The translations under genes were made by a program, and so were the position numbers. This document shows positions 50,768-60,561 of a stretch of DNA of 64,000 nucleotides, in pieces. The notes under the pieces were generated by a model that worked only from the letters and a program-made list of their open reading frames with translations, was not told the DNA's origin and ran no database searches. How positions within the stretch are numbered: the stretch's first letter is position 1; every line of letters begins with the position of its first letter. Origin of the DNA: a virus; the IMG/VR virus record IMGVR_UViG_3300033997_000074, positions 1-64,000 of that record; one strand, written 5' to 3'.

Positions 50768-52534
50768 GTGGTTTTTAAGATTACTAGGTATAGTCAGGAG
50801 ATTGATCTTTCTTACGAGCATAAAACCAGATGTCCCAGATGTGCATCTAAGAGGGGCGACAACTCTGGAAATAACCTCCATTGCTATGGCCTGGATGAAA
50901 ACAATAAGCACAAGGGTGCATTTTGTTTCTCTTGTGAGTATGTTATTCCAAGCCAACAATGGCTAGAAGATAATGGTGAAATTGAAGAAGAGGAGTATGA
51001 TCTAGTGGGAGCTGATTTTAACGATGACATCCACAAGAAACTGAAAGAGACGACGGGCGTAGATAGTAAAAACTATCGCAGCGTTCGTACAGATGTGAGC
51101 AAACCGTTTGGCGTTCGTTATGCCTATTCTCAGGAAGATGGTAGCGTTGTTGAGACTTACTACCCTTGCACAAAGAATGGTGAGCTTTCGGGTTACAAAG
51201 TTCGTCACCATGTAAAACGCTTTGAGGCAATTGGTGAAACAGGCAAAGATTGTGAGATGTTTGGGCAGTTTAAGTTCAAGACAAACAGTCATACTGTCGT
51301 TATTACAGAAGGAGAGCACGACTGTCTGGCGGCATTCCAGATGCTGTCTGATGCACAGAAAAACAAACAATTTGACCCTGTGGCTGTGGTCAGTACAACA
51401 ATTGGTGGAGCAGGCGCCTACAAGCAAATTAAAAACAACTACGACTTCTTTAATCAGTTTAAGAAGATCATTGTTTGTATGGACGCGGATGCAGCAGGGG
51501 ACAAGGCGACAGAAAGTGTCGTCGATGTTCTCCCTAAGGGGCGTGTATTTATCTTGAAGATGCGTTACAAAGACCCAAACTTTTACCTAGAAACAAACAA
51601 AGCGACTGAGTTCATCTCAGATTTTTGGTCAGCTAAGCCTTACACACCTGCTGGAGTTAAAAGTGCGGCTGAGGGTATTGATGAGATTCCAGATGAGTTG
51701 CGTAAACCACGGATTACCCTGCCGGAATATATGCACGTTATGCAGGACATGATGGGCGGGGGTATTATTCAGGGTCGCATAGCTAACGTGATCGCAGATA
51801 CCTCGTGCGGCAAATCGACACACGTTAATCGCATGGTATATCACTGGATTTTTAATAGCCCAGTAACCCCGACCATTGTAAGTCTTGAGGCCACCGCTGC
51901 ACAGTATATGTTGGAAATGTTGTCGATACATCTTGAGAAAAATCTTTTGTGGCGTATGACAAGTGAGCAGATTATTGATTTTCTTGGCACCGAGGAAGGA
52001 CAACGGGTTAAGAACGAACTGGCTTATAAGGAGACAGGTGAACCAAGGTTCTTTATCATCGACGAGCGCGCAGGGAGTATTAAAGACATGGAAGCAGAAA
52101 TGGAGATGCTTTTCCGTAAACACGGCAGTAGGCTCTTTGTTATTGACGTTCTTACAGACTTGCTACGCGGAAGCAGCGAACAGTTTTCCGAGGATCACAT
52201 GAATTTTCAGCGCAATATGGCAAAGAACGGGGTAACTACCGTGAACGTCCTGCATACACGAAAGCCACCACAAAATGCTGAAGGTAAACCACGTAAAGTT
52301 AGTGAATTTGATGCACTTGGGACGGGCAGCTTCGTGCAGTCGGCTGCCTACAACATTGTGCTAAATCGAGATAAGCTTTCGGAATCTGAGATTGACAAAA
52401 ACACTACAGAAGTGGATTTGCCAAAATGTCGAGGCGGAAAAACGGGCTCAGCAGGTAAGTGGTTCTATGAGTTTGAGAAAAGTAAGTGCCACGACCTTGA
52501 TGATTGGCTTCGTAATAACCCACAAGATTTTTAA
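50768..52534 (+). CDS. Bifunctional primase-helicase (T7 gp4-like)
   Basis: CPRC...CFSC zinc finger; TOPRIM VVITEGEHDCLAAFQ and IVCMDADAAGDKA; Walker A ADTSCGKST; Walker B LFVIDVLTD. Confidence 0.9.
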   Translation: MVFKITRYSQEIDLSYEHKTRCPRCASKRGDNSGNNLHCYGLDENNKHKGAFCFSCEYVIPSQQWLEDNGEIEEEEYDLVGADFNDDIHKKLKETTGVDSKNYRSVRTDVSKPFGVRYAYSQEDGSVVETYYPCTKNGELSGYKVRHHVKRFEAIGETGKDCEMFGQFKFKTNSHTVVITEGEHDCLAAFQMLSDAQKNKQFDPVAVVSTTIGGAGAYKQIKNNYDFFNQFKKIIVCMDADAAGDKATESVVDVLPKGRVFILKMRYKDPNFYLETNKATEFISDFWSAKPYTPAGVKSAAEGIDEIPDELRKPRITLPEYMHVMQDMMGGGIIQGRIANVIADTSCGKSTHVNRMVYHWIFNSPVTPTIVSLEATAAQYMLEMLSIHLEKNLLWRMTSEQIIDFLGTEEGQRVKNELAYKETGEPRFFIIDERAGSIKDMEAEMEMLFRKHGSRLFVIDVLTDLLRGSSEQFSEDHMNFQRNMAKNGVTTVNVLHTRKPPQNAEGKPRKVSEFDALGTGSFVQSAAYNIVLNRDKLSESEIDKNTTEVDLPKCRGGKTGSAGKWFYEFEKSKCHDLDDWLRNNPQDF

Positions 52535-52543
52535 GGAGGCTTT

Positions 52544-53464
52544 TTGAATATTGTTTATAAACTAACAAACCTAGACCGCGAAAGCGGTCGAAGGTTTTAT
52601 GTAGGCTCCAAAACCGAGTGCTTTATAGAAAAGATAAACGGTGTAGACCGAATTGTGTCAACAAAGACAGGTCTTCCTTATTATGGAAGCAGCACATGTC
52701 CACTGATGAAAGCTGATATGGCGGAGGGCCACAGATTTTCCGCCGAGATTTTGGAAGAAGTTACAAATAAGAAAAATCTTTTGTCGGCAGAAGATGCTTG
52801 GATTGTAGAGTTGAATGCAGTTGAGTCAGAGGATTACTACAACATCGCCTATGCCAGAGTGGGTGGTCACATGGTGGACCAGACCGCTGCATATAATATG
52901 TACGGTGAGACTATTGTGGATTATGGCAAGGCTGTATCCTCGCTAAACAAAAGAAACAACACGGCAGCTAAGTATGGCTACAGCAACATGGGTTTGTTTT
53001 GTCTTTTCTTGAAGGAACAGTTCGACTCTGGAAAAGGTTCCGCTGAGATAGCTTCTGATCTTGGTTGGGAGAGACATGCTCCCGCGAGGTATATAAAACC
53101 TTATGATATGGATAAGTGCAAAAGAGAGTGGGAGTCTCAGGAAGAAGGGGTCAGGAAATCTATTAGGCAGCTCATAGCTGAGGGTGTTTCCGCAAAGAAG
53201 ATTGCGGAGCTGAAAGGGCTTGAAATCCCCACGGTTTGCTTGTATATTGGAGACTACTCAAAGGTTTATAGGAAATCTTACCTAGTGGCTCAGCGTCGAG
53301 GTGAGACAAAAGAAGAGCTTGAAGTCAAGATTACCAAGATGGTCGTTGATGAAGAGAAAGGTTTCAACGAAGTGTCAAGGGAGCTTATGATAAATGAAGC
53401 AAGTGTGAAGAGATACTTTCTCCGTTGTATACGGAGGAATCTAAAAGATGTAGAACTTATCTAG
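52544..53464 (+). CDS. GIY-YIG homing endonuclease, free-standing between primase-helicase and polymerase
   Basis: IVYKLTNLDRESGRRFYVGSK...EDAWIVELNAV...YYNIA, with C-terminal HTH-like repeats. TTG start. Confidence 0.7.
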   Translation: MNIVYKLTNLDRESGRRFYVGSKTECFIEKINGVDRIVSTKTGLPYYGSSTCPLMKADMAEGHRFSAEILEEVTNKKNLLSAEDAWIVELNAVESEDYYNIAYARVGGHMVDQTAAYNMYGETIVDYGKAVSSLNKRNNTAAKYGYSNMGLFCLFLKEQFDSGKGSAEIASDLGWERHAPARYIKPYDMDKCKREWESQEEGVRKSIRQLIAEGVSAKKIAELKGLEIPTVCLYIGDYSKVYRKSYLVAQRRGETKEELEVKITKMVVDEEKGFNEVSRELMINEASVKRYFLRCIRRNLKDVELI

Positions 53465-53473
53465 GAGGAAGTT

Positions 53474-55615
53474 TTGAAGAAGATTACAAACTGGAGGAGT
53501 GCAACAGTAGCTGACTTTGAGGCTGATGGGCTTCTTGATGAAGCGACAAAACTTCACGTGCTTTCGTATCAACTCGATGGCAAGGGTGTCAACTCTTTTC
53601 ATGGCACGGAAGAAGCAGACCGGATCAGGGCTTTCTTCCGTTACCACCTAGAAAAGAAAATTCCTATTGTCATGCACTCTGGGATTTCTTACGACATTCC
53701 TCTGGCAGAGAAGCTTTTGGACATTGATTTGTCTGAAATCATGTTGATTGACAGTTTGGCACTGAGCTGGTACTTGAACCCCAACAGGTCCAAGCATGGA
53801 TTGGACTCTTTTCACGAAGATTACGGTATTGAGAAGCCGAAGATTGATGACTGGGAAAACCTTTCTTACGAAGAGTACCGACATCGCTGCCAAGAGGACG
53901 TGAAGATTAACAAAGCTTTGTGGGAAGACCTGAAAGCTCGATTGATCGACATGTACACATTCGCACAAGCGGAAATTAATGCAGGCCACGTTGGCGGCAC
54001 TCGGATGTTTGATGGTGAAGAGATTTATCTTGACCAATTTGTAGGTAGCACAGTTGATGAGGCTATTGACCGCATTTTGACTTTCTTGATGTTCAAGATG
54101 GATTGTGCAAGGCTTCAAGAGAAAACTAGGTGGGATGTTGATGTAGAGCTTTTGGAGTCCTCGATTGAGGAGCTGACAGAAGAGGGTGCTAAGGCTAAGG
54201 CAGAACTGGAATCTGTAATGCCAATGGTGCCGAAGTACTCCGAGAGAAAGAAACCTGCAAAGCCGTTTAAAAAGAACGGCGACTTGTCTGCATCTGGCGA
54301 GGCTTGGGAGGAAATTAAAAAGCTTATCGAGACAAAAGCTGTTGATGAGCACGGAAACCCAATGGTAAAACCTAGCACCAAAGAGGGTGCTATTAAGGTG
54401 CTGACTGGTTATGAGCCGCCTAATGGCAACAGCCCCGAACAGATTAAGGCTTTTCTTTACTCGAAGGGTTGGGTTCCTCAATCGTTCAAATATGAAAAAG
54501 ATGAGGAGGCTTTTAATAAGTGGATTGCTTCTAAGCCGAGAGAAGGTGCAACCCACCAAGCGTGGAAGGCTTGGAAAGCTGCTCGACCAGAAGAGAGAGC
54601 TATCCCACAAATCACCGTTGCTGGTGATGAAGGGAAAGAGCTGTGTCCGTCTCTTGAAGAGCTTGCAGAGGAAGTGCCAGAGATTCGCGTGTATGCAAAA
54701 TACTGCGTTCTTAAGCACAGACTTGGTGTACTAAACGGCTTTAAGCGTGACATGAAAAACGGGAAGCTACAGGCTCGTATTGCCGGCCTTACTAACACTC
54801 TGCGTATGCAACATGCAGAGATTGTAAACCTCGCTGGGGTGGACAAAGCCTATGGCAAGATTGTCCGTGGAGTGTTGGTTGCTGGTAAGGGAAAAGTGTG
54901 CCTAGGGTCGGATTTGTCTTCTCTTGAAGATCGCGTTAAGCATCACTTGATGCTGCCCCATGACCCAGAGTATGTTGCTACAATGCAAGAGGATGATTTT
55001 GATCCTCACATTTTGATGGCGCTGACGGCTAAGATGATTACACAAGAAGAGTATGATGAGTTTAAGAAGGGGAACAAAACAGCAAACGCAAAAGCAGCCC
55101 GTAAGAAAGGTAAAACAACAAACTATGCATCCGTGTACAATGCGGGAGCTGCTAAGATTGCTCAAGCTGCTGGTGTGCCGCTGAAAGAGGGGGAGGCTTT
55201 GCATGAGGCATATTGGAAGCTAAACTGGGCTGTCAAGGCTATTGCAGAGGAGCAAGTTGTGATAAAGGACAGTCGTGGTAATAAGTGGCTGGTTAACCCT
55301 GTCAACGGCTTCTGCTATGCTTTGCGCAAAGAGTCAGACAGGTTCTCTACCCTTGCTCAAGGCACTGGTGCATTTTTCTTTGACATGTGGCTGGATAACT
55401 GCTTGAATATGATGCACGAAAGGTATGGGGCAAAGACTTTGACAGGCCAGTTTCACGATGAGCATATTTTTACCATCCGTGACAAGGAAAAGTTTGTTGA
55501 GGAGTTTAAAGAAATTATTCAGTTGGCGATTGAGAAGGTGAACGAGGATTTTAAGCTTCGCAGAAAGCTTGGGTGTGAGACACAAGTAGGCTATCGTTAC
55601 TCTGATATCCACTAA
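53474..55615 (+). CDS. DNA polymerase I family (Pol A) with a 3'-5' exonuclease domain
   Basis: Exo I DFEADGL, motif A DLSSLEDRV, motif B KTTNYASVYNAG, motif C QFHDEHI. Confidence 0.9.
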   Translation: MKKITNWRSATVADFEADGLLDEATKLHVLSYQLDGKGVNSFHGTEEADRIRAFFRYHLEKKIPIVMHSGISYDIPLAEKLLDIDLSEIMLIDSLALSWYLNPNRSKHGLDSFHEDYGIEKPKIDDWENLSYEEYRHRCQEDVKINKALWEDLKARLIDMYTFAQAEINAGHVGGTRMFDGEEIYLDQFVGSTVDEAIDRILTFLMFKMDCARLQEKTRWDVDVELLESSIEELTEEGAKAKAELESVMPMVPKYSERKKPAKPFKKNGDLSASGEAWEEIKKLIETKAVDEHGNPMVKPSTKEGAIKVLTGYEPPNGNSPEQIKAFLYSKGWVPQSFKYEKDEEAFNKWIASKPREGATHQAWKAWKAARPEERAIPQITVAGDEGKELCPSLEELAEEVPEIRVYAKYCVLKHRLGVLNGFKRDMKNGKLQARIAGLTNTLRMQHAEIVNLAGVDKAYGKIVRGVLVAGKGKVCLGSDLSSLEDRVKHHLMLPHDPEYVATMQEDDFDPHILMALTAKMITQEEYDEFKKGNKTANAKAARKKGKTTNYASVYNAGAAKIAQAAGVPLKEGEALHEAYWKLNWAVKAIAEEQVVIKDSRGNKWLVNPVNGFCYALRKESDRFSTLAQGTGAFFFDMWLDNCLNMMHERYGAKTLTGQFHDEHIFTIRDKEKFVEEFKEIIQLAIEKVNEDFKLRRKLGCETQVGYRYSDIH

Positions 55616-55630
55616 TCTCTAAAAATTCCC

Positions 55631-55659
55631 TTGACAACCCCTAAAACATGCTTCACAAT
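55631..55659 (+). promoter_or_regulatory. Candidate promoter
   Basis: TTGACA-17 nt-CACAAT. Confidence 0.4.
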
Positions 55660-55703
55660 GTACACACACTAACAGAAAGCCTTATGGCGATAGGAGAGAA
55701 GAG

Positions 55704-55934
55704 GTGGGATATAAATATTGCGCAGTGTCTGTAAAAACCGAGAGCGGCGATCTTTGCACGTTCTTGGTAGATTACACCAAAATAGACGAGATTCCTGTAC
55801 GACTTTATGAGTGGATGGGTGAAGAGGTTTATCTCGTTTGTCAAATACAGGTTGATTCTGGTGTTAATGCTGTGCTAGATGATGAAATTGTCGCACATAT
55901 TCAGAATTTCATTGACGCTGAGGAGAACATCTAA
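55704..55934 (+). CDS. Hypothetical 76-aa protein (GTG start)
   Basis: ORF track; GGAGAGAAGAG upstream. Confidence 0.45.
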   Translation: MGYKYCAVSVKTESGDLCTFLVDYTKIDEIPVRLYEWMGEEVYLVCQIQVDSGVNAVLDDEIVAHIQNFIDAEENI

Positions 55935-56260
55935 TGGCATCTGTAACTAAAACAATCACTGAGACTGTCGGAGAAATTCAGAAAACAACATCTCTGTATT
56001 TCGCTTCCTTTGAGGATTTCATGGAGTATGAGCGTATTGTGAATGAGAAAGGTCGAGAAGACAATCAGTCAGTGCTGAAAGAGCTTGTAGTAGGAAAACA
56101 ATACCGGGTTGTAAAAGATATCTCAGGCCACTGTCAATATATCGGAGACATTGTAACGGTCACGGAATATGATGAAGAGGACTACCGTCTTCCGTATCGT
56201 GTAGAAGATGCTCTTGGTAATGGTAGTTGGCTTAATCCAGAAGAAGTGGAGGAAATCTAA
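55934..56260 (+). CDS. Hypothetical 108-aa protein
   Basis: ORF track. Confidence 0.5.
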   Translation: MASVTKTITETVGEIQKTTSLYFASFEDFMEYERIVNEKGREDNQSVLKELVVGKQYRVVKDISGHCQYIGDIVTVTEYDEEDYRLPYRVEDALGNGSWLNPEEVEEI

Positions 56261-56428
56261 ATGAACATTGAAAAGATTAAAGCATGGGCTACAACAGATG
56301 AGAAAGGAAATGTAATTGCTTTGTGTGAGACACGCGATCAAGCGCGTTCTCAGCTTCGTTATGCAAAGCGTCATGGACACACTAAATTTAAGCTTGTTAA
56401 GCTTTCATTTGACAGTTTTCAACGATAA
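56261..56428 (+). CDS. Hypothetical 55-aa protein
   Basis: Manual translation: MNIEKIKAWATTDEKGNVIALCETRDQARSQLRYAKRHGHTKFKLVKLSFDSFQR. Confidence 0.4.
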   Translation: MNIEKIKAWATTDEKGNVIALCETRDQARSQLRYAKRHGHTKFKLVKLSFDSFQR

Positions 56429-56439
56429 GGAGAATTAAT

Positions 56440-56601
56440 ATGTGGTTTATTTTGGGAATGATGTTCCTGATTATGTTTGGGCTGAAGCTTGCAGGAATTG
56501 CTACGATTAGCTGGGTTGTTGTCACTGCTCCTTTGTGGGCACCATTGGTGATTGTGGTTCTTCTGTTCGTCTGCTCTACGATGTATTTTAAGAGCAAATA
56601 A
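56440..56601 (+). CDS. 53-aa two-TM membrane peptide
   Basis: Manual translation: AAGGAGAATTAAT ATG, MWFILGMMFLIMFGLKLAGIATISWVVVTAPLWAPLVIVVLLFVCSTMYFKSK. Confidence 0.45.
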   Translation: MWFILGMMFLIMFGLKLAGIATISWVVVTAPLWAPLVIVVLLFVCSTMYFKSK

Positions 56602-56614
56602 TTCAATTATTCTC

Positions 56615-56650
56615 TTGACGAAAAGAGAAAAGTTTGAAACAATACGCAGC
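56615..56650 (+). promoter_or_regulatory. Promoter upstream of the SSB gene; shares a 15-nt block with the site at 62916
   Basis: TTGACG-17 nt-AACAAT, with GAAACAATACGCAGC identical in both copies. Confidence 0.5.
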
Positions 56651-56719
56651 TTCAACGGAGTGTGGCTTCCGTTCCAAAAATGTCACAAATCATTTTAATC
56701 AAAGAGGAGATGTATAGTT

Positions 56720-57382
56720 ATGCCAGTTATTAAAGATGCCGTTTTCGCCTACTGCAAAGTTGACCAAGCCGATTTTAAATATGGCTCGAAAACAGAGAAA
56801 GAATACTCTGTCGATGTAGTGGTTCCGAAAGCTGTAGCAAAAGAGTGGAACAAGAAATATCAGAAGCAGAAAGCTAAGGAGGTGGATCGTGATGATTTCG
56901 AACGCGCTTACAAGTTTGCACCACCCTTTGAAGGTGATGAACTGTATGTAATCAAGCTGAAGAAGCCAGCACAATACAAAGATGGTACTCCGATTGCTGA
57001 CTACGCTAAGCCTCGTGTTCTTCTTGCAACCGAAGAAGGTAATGTTGATATCACTGCCACCACTAAAGTTGCTAATGGTTCTAAAGGTGTTGCACAGTTT
57101 GATGAAGTTAGTAATGACTTCGGTACTTTTGCCAAACTGAAAGCTATCCGTGTTGATGAGCTGATCGAATACAAGCCAACTGGCGGTAGTTCAAGCTTTG
57201 ATGAGCTTGGTGGTGTGAAAGGTGGTCTTGCCGACCTTGGTGGTATCCCTGAGCGCGAGCCTTCTGAAGCTCAAGAAAAAGCTTATGAAGAGGCAACCAA
57301 GGAAACTTCTAAGTCGAAAGCTAAGAAAGATGTAGAGCCAGAAGTTGATCCTTTCGGAGATGAGCTAGACGCCCCATTCTAA
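56720..57382 (+). CDS. Single-stranded DNA-binding protein (T7 gp2.5-like) with an acidic C-terminal tail ending in Phe
   Basis: 220 aa ending DPFGDELDAPF. It sits in the replication module. Confidence 0.65.
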   Translation: MPVIKDAVFAYCKVDQADFKYGSKTEKEYSVDVVVPKAVAKEWNKKYQKQKAKEVDRDDFERAYKFAPPFEGDELYVIKLKKPAQYKDGTPIADYAKPRVLLATEEGNVDITATTKVANGSKGVAQFDEVSNDFGTFAKLKAIRVDELIEYKPTGGSSSFDELGGVKGGLADLGGIPEREPSEAQEKAYEEATKETSKSKAKKDVEPEVDPFGDELDAPF

Positions 57383-57453
57383 TCTAATTCCGAAGAAATT
57401 AGCTTAAAACAAAGCCCGTCTGAAATACGGCGGGTTATCTCAGGAGAAATGAG

Positions 57454-57663
57454 ATGAAAACCATTAGCCTAACAGATGAAGAAGCTTACATCCTTGCTTG
57501 CATCATTGGCTATATGAAGCCAGACAGCAAAGTGTATGGTCTTCTAGGAAAGATGGATGCTCTTGTTGATAAAGAGCTTGGCTGCTCTGATTATGACCGC
57601 GTAGCTTTTCAGATAGACATTGAGAAGGGTCAAGTGGGTAACGTAGAAATTGTATTTAATTAA
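57454..57663 (+). CDS. Hypothetical 69-aa protein
   Basis: ORF track; AGGAGAAATGAG ATG. Confidence 0.5.
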   Translation: MKTISLTDEEAYILACIIGYMKPDSKVYGLLGKMDALVDKELGCSDYDRVAFQIDIEKGQVGNVEIVFN

Positions 57664-57679
57664 TTGAGGAGAGTAAATA

Positions 57680-57934
57680 ATGATTTCACAACGCGAAATG
57701 TTTGACCGTTTGGTTGACCTTGAGAAGCAAAAGCTTGTTCTTGCTGAAGACATTGCACAACTAAAGAAAGATGCAAAGTATGATGAAGATGAGAATCCAC
57801 AAGGTATCAGCAAAGAAGATATTAAACTGATTGGTGCAGCAGCTAAACTACAAGCTAAAAATGATTATGAGGAAAAACGAGAGGCTGCTACAGCGGTTTT
57901 CAAGAAATATGAAGAACTGGTTGATTACCAGTAA
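57680..57934 (+). CDS. Hypothetical 84-aa helical protein
   Basis: ORF track; GAGGAGAG upstream. Confidence 0.5.
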   Translation: MISQREMFDRLVDLEKQKLVLAEDIAQLKKDAKYDEDENPQGISKEDIKLIGAAAKLQAKNDYEEKREAATAVFKKYEELVDYQ

Positions 57935-57944
57935 GGGGTGATTC

Positions 57945-58685
57945 GTGGGGAGGAGGGTTAACGTTGGGGATACCTTTAAAACAAACCAAGGCTGTCAAGT
58001 AACTGTTGTGGATTATGTGCGAGCCACTAACGTAGAGGTTATCTTTGAGTCTGGTTTTAGGAAAAGAGTAACAGTACAAAACCTACTGAATGGTCAGATC
58101 AGCAACCCCTTCCTCCCCACAGTCTATGGTGTGGGGTACTTTGGAGACGGACCTTATAAAGCTAAAGTAAATAGGAATAGCACCAGGGAATACAATCGCT
58201 GGAATGGGATGATAGAGAGGTGTTACTCTAAAATTGGAAGTAAGCTGCATATAACTTACAAGGACTGTTACGTTTGTGAAGATTGGTTAAATTTTCAGTC
58301 CTTTGCCTCTTGGGTTAATGAGCAGGATGAGTGGTTGAATGAAGATTGGCAACTTGACAAGGACTTACTAGTCCCTAAGAATAAAGTCTACTCACCAGAC
58401 ACTTGTGTATTTCTTCCAGAGGAAATAAATACGTTCTTAATACTAGGTAAAGACAGGCAAGGAGTACGCCCAGGAGTATACTACAATGCAGATAAAAGGA
58501 AGTACATACCTCAGAGCGGGTCTTCTGGGTACTTGGGTGCTTTTGAATCTGAAGAGGCTGCCTTTAGGGTATACGTAACGGCAAAGGAGAAACGTGCAAA
58601 AATGCTTGCTGATAAATGGTCTGATTTAATATCAGACAGGGCTACAAAGGCTTTGCTAAGTTTCAGAGTAGAGGATAGATTGTAA
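57945..58685 (+). CDS. HNH/AP2-like homing endonuclease (subfamily shared with 40761 and 50106)
   Basis: YNRWNGMIERCY...VCEDWLNFQSFASW...QLDKDLLVPKNKVYSPDTCVFLPEEIN, and AP2-like GVYYNADKRKYIPQSGSSGYLGAFESEEAAFRVY. GTG start. Confidence 0.7.
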   Translation: MGRRVNVGDTFKTNQGCQVTVVDYVRATNVEVIFESGFRKRVTVQNLLNGQISNPFLPTVYGVGYFGDGPYKAKVNRNSTREYNRWNGMIERCYSKIGSKLHITYKDCYVCEDWLNFQSFASWVNEQDEWLNEDWQLDKDLLVPKNKVYSPDTCVFLPEEINTFLILGKDRQGVRPGVYYNADKRKYIPQSGSSGYLGAFESEEAAFRVYVTAKEKRAKMLADKWSDLISDRATKALLSFRVEDRL

Positions 58686-58785
58686 AATAAAGCTAAGGCT
58701 GCTCAAGACAATCTTCGTGACAAAGCAGACGAGCTTAATGAGATTGCTGAGATTCAAGACAAATATTCTTGATTGAAATACAAAA

Positions 58786-58812
58786 GGGGCTGTTAAATCA
58801 GCCCCTTCTTTT
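58786..58812 (+). terminator. Rho-independent terminator
   Basis: GGGGCTG-TTAAAT-CAGCCCC followed by TTCTTTT. Confidence 0.6.
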
Positions 58813-58822
58813 AGGAGGGAGG

Positions 58823-59839
58823 ATGACAACAGCACATTTAGACTTAGATGCCTTTAAGTACAGCCTTGCGTCAGTTGGCGAAGATCGCTCCATTGTTGCT
58901 GTACACAAGACAAGTGGACGAGAGAAAGAGTTTAAAACTCGTACTGAATTCTGGGGACACTGGAAAAAGAAGTCAGGAGGTTGGCTTGGTAATCTAAACA
59001 AAAGTCGAGTGGAGAAAGACTTAGAACCTTTCAAACCAGAAGACTTTGAGATCATTGACAAGCAGCAAGTCAAGAATGAGCCAATTGCTAATATCTTACA
59101 CTCTGTTAAACAGTCCGTAGATTCTGCCGTAAAGGCTTCAGGTGCAGATAAAGTAAATTACTATATTGGTAAAGGAGATTCTTTCAGAGTTGAACGTAGT
59201 ACGCTTTTGGAATACAAGGGTAATCGAAAAGACACACTTAAGCCCCTTCTCTTTGATGAAGTTGTTGAGTACATGGAGAAGAAGTTTAAGCCAGAGGTAG
59301 TTACTGGGCACGAAGTTGATGATCGTATTAATATGGAAGCCTACGGTAAAGAGGATGAGTTTTGCATCCTACTCGACAAGGATGGGTATGGTGCAGGAAG
59401 CAAACTCTTTAACTTCACTCTGCCGCATGAAGGTATTGTGACAACAAATTGTTTCGGTAAGCTTTGGATTGACAATTCTGGAAAAGAAAAGAAAGTTCGT
59501 GGTTACGGTAGGATGTTCAAGATGTGGCAATGTTGTGGCTTAGACGACTCCGACAATTACCGAGCTAACTGTATGTCAGATGTTAAGTGGGGAGAGATGT
59601 CTGCGTACAAAGCCCTTGTAGATTGCAAGAATGACAAGGAGCTTTTTGAAGCCGCTGTTGGAGTGTTTAAACATCTGTACCCGGAAACAAAAGTGGTTAA
59701 GGGTTGGCGGGGAGATGACATCACAATTGATTGGTTGTATGTGATGCAAGAATGCCTCGATATGTGCCATATGCTTAGGTGGGAAGGAGATCGAATTTAT
59801 CTTCCTAATGTATTTGATAGGTTGGGGGTGAGATTTTGA
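58823..59839 (+). CDS. 5'-3' exonuclease (T7 gp6-like)
   Basis: Trimmed to MTTAHLDLDAFKY..., which follows AGGAGGGAGG. The architecture resembles T7 gp6 as recalled (LDL..F..., ...YKGNRKD). Confidence 0.55.
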   Translation: MTTAHLDLDAFKYSLASVGEDRSIVAVHKTSGREKEFKTRTEFWGHWKKKSGGWLGNLNKSRVEKDLEPFKPEDFEIIDKQQVKNEPIANILHSVKQSVDSAVKASGADKVNYYIGKGDSFRVERSTLLEYKGNRKDTLKPLLFDEVVEYMEKKFKPEVVTGHEVDDRINMEAYGKEDEFCILLDKDGYGAGSKLFNFTLPHEGIVTTNCFGKLWIDNSGKEKKVRGYGRMFKMWQCCGLDDSDNYRANCMSDVKWGEMSAYKALVDCKNDKELFEAAVGVFKHLYPETKVVKGWRGDDITIDWLYVMQECLDMCHMLRWEGDRIYLPNVFDRLGVRF

Positions 59840-60561
59840 CAGAAGACGTGAGGTGCTATTTATATTGGATTAAGTCTGAAGATATGTCGAACTTTCTCAC
59901 CGAGGGTTATGTTGGGATCAGCACAACCCCGCATGTCAGGATAAAACAACATATCAGCAATGCAAAAACAGATAGTCACCACAAATATCCCGAGGAGTTT
60001 AAAAACGTATTACTGTCCGGTAATTACTCCTTTGAGGTTTTGGTTTGTGGTAGTATTGAATATTGTATGCTCATTGAAAGGAAACTTAGACCAATGCCGT
60101 ACATAGGGTGGAATAGGGCCATCGGAGGTGATGGTGGTGTTGTATATAAACATGGTCTGACTGGGAGCAGGACCGCGAAAACTTACTATAACCTATTGAA
60201 TAAGTCTAAGGCTGATGGTGAAGATTTTTACGAGGGTTGGAGCGGAGATGGAGGTCTGGAACAATTCTCTATCTTTTACCAAACCTTAGAGGAAGTAGAT
60301 GGGGAGTTCACCCTTAAAGTGAAGGGTGGTGGCTATCATCCAGAGAACCTAATTAAAATGACTCGATCAGAGATTATACGGAGGGCTTATAGGCGATATG
60401 ACATTGGTGACGGAAGTTTATACTCTGTTGCTGAGTTGGCAGAAAAATTTAATCTGAAACCTAATACAATTTCCGTCAGGATGAGGGACGGTTGGACTAC
60501 TAGAGAAGCTGTAGGTCTTGATCCTAGAAAAACTGGTAGGGGCTTGAATGCGGAAATGTAA
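59836..60561 (+). CDS. GIY-YIG homing endonuclease
   Basis: CYLYWIKSEDMSNFLTEGYVGIS..RIKQH...LIERKL...GWNRAIGG. Confidence 0.75.
   Translation: MTEDVRCYLYWIKSEDMSNFLTEGYVGISTTPHVRIKQHISNAKTDSHHKYPEEFKNVLLSGNYSFEVLVCGSIEYCMLIERKLRPMPYIGWNRAIGGDGGVVYKHGLTGSRTAKTYYNLLNKSKADGEDFYEGWSGDGGLEQFSIFYQTLEEVDGEFTLKVKGGGYHPENLIKMTRSEIIRRAYRRYDIGDGSLYSVAELAEKFNLKPNTISVRMRDGWTTREAVGLDPRKTGRGLNAEM

Noticed and set aside
53648-54718. 356-aa minus-strand ORF inside the DNA polymerase gene, and similar antisense ORFs at 51002..51427 and 51629..52123 inside primase-helicase
   Set aside because: They are antisense to genes with complete catalytic motifs. They have Leu/Phe/Ser-rich junk composition and no ribosome-binding context.
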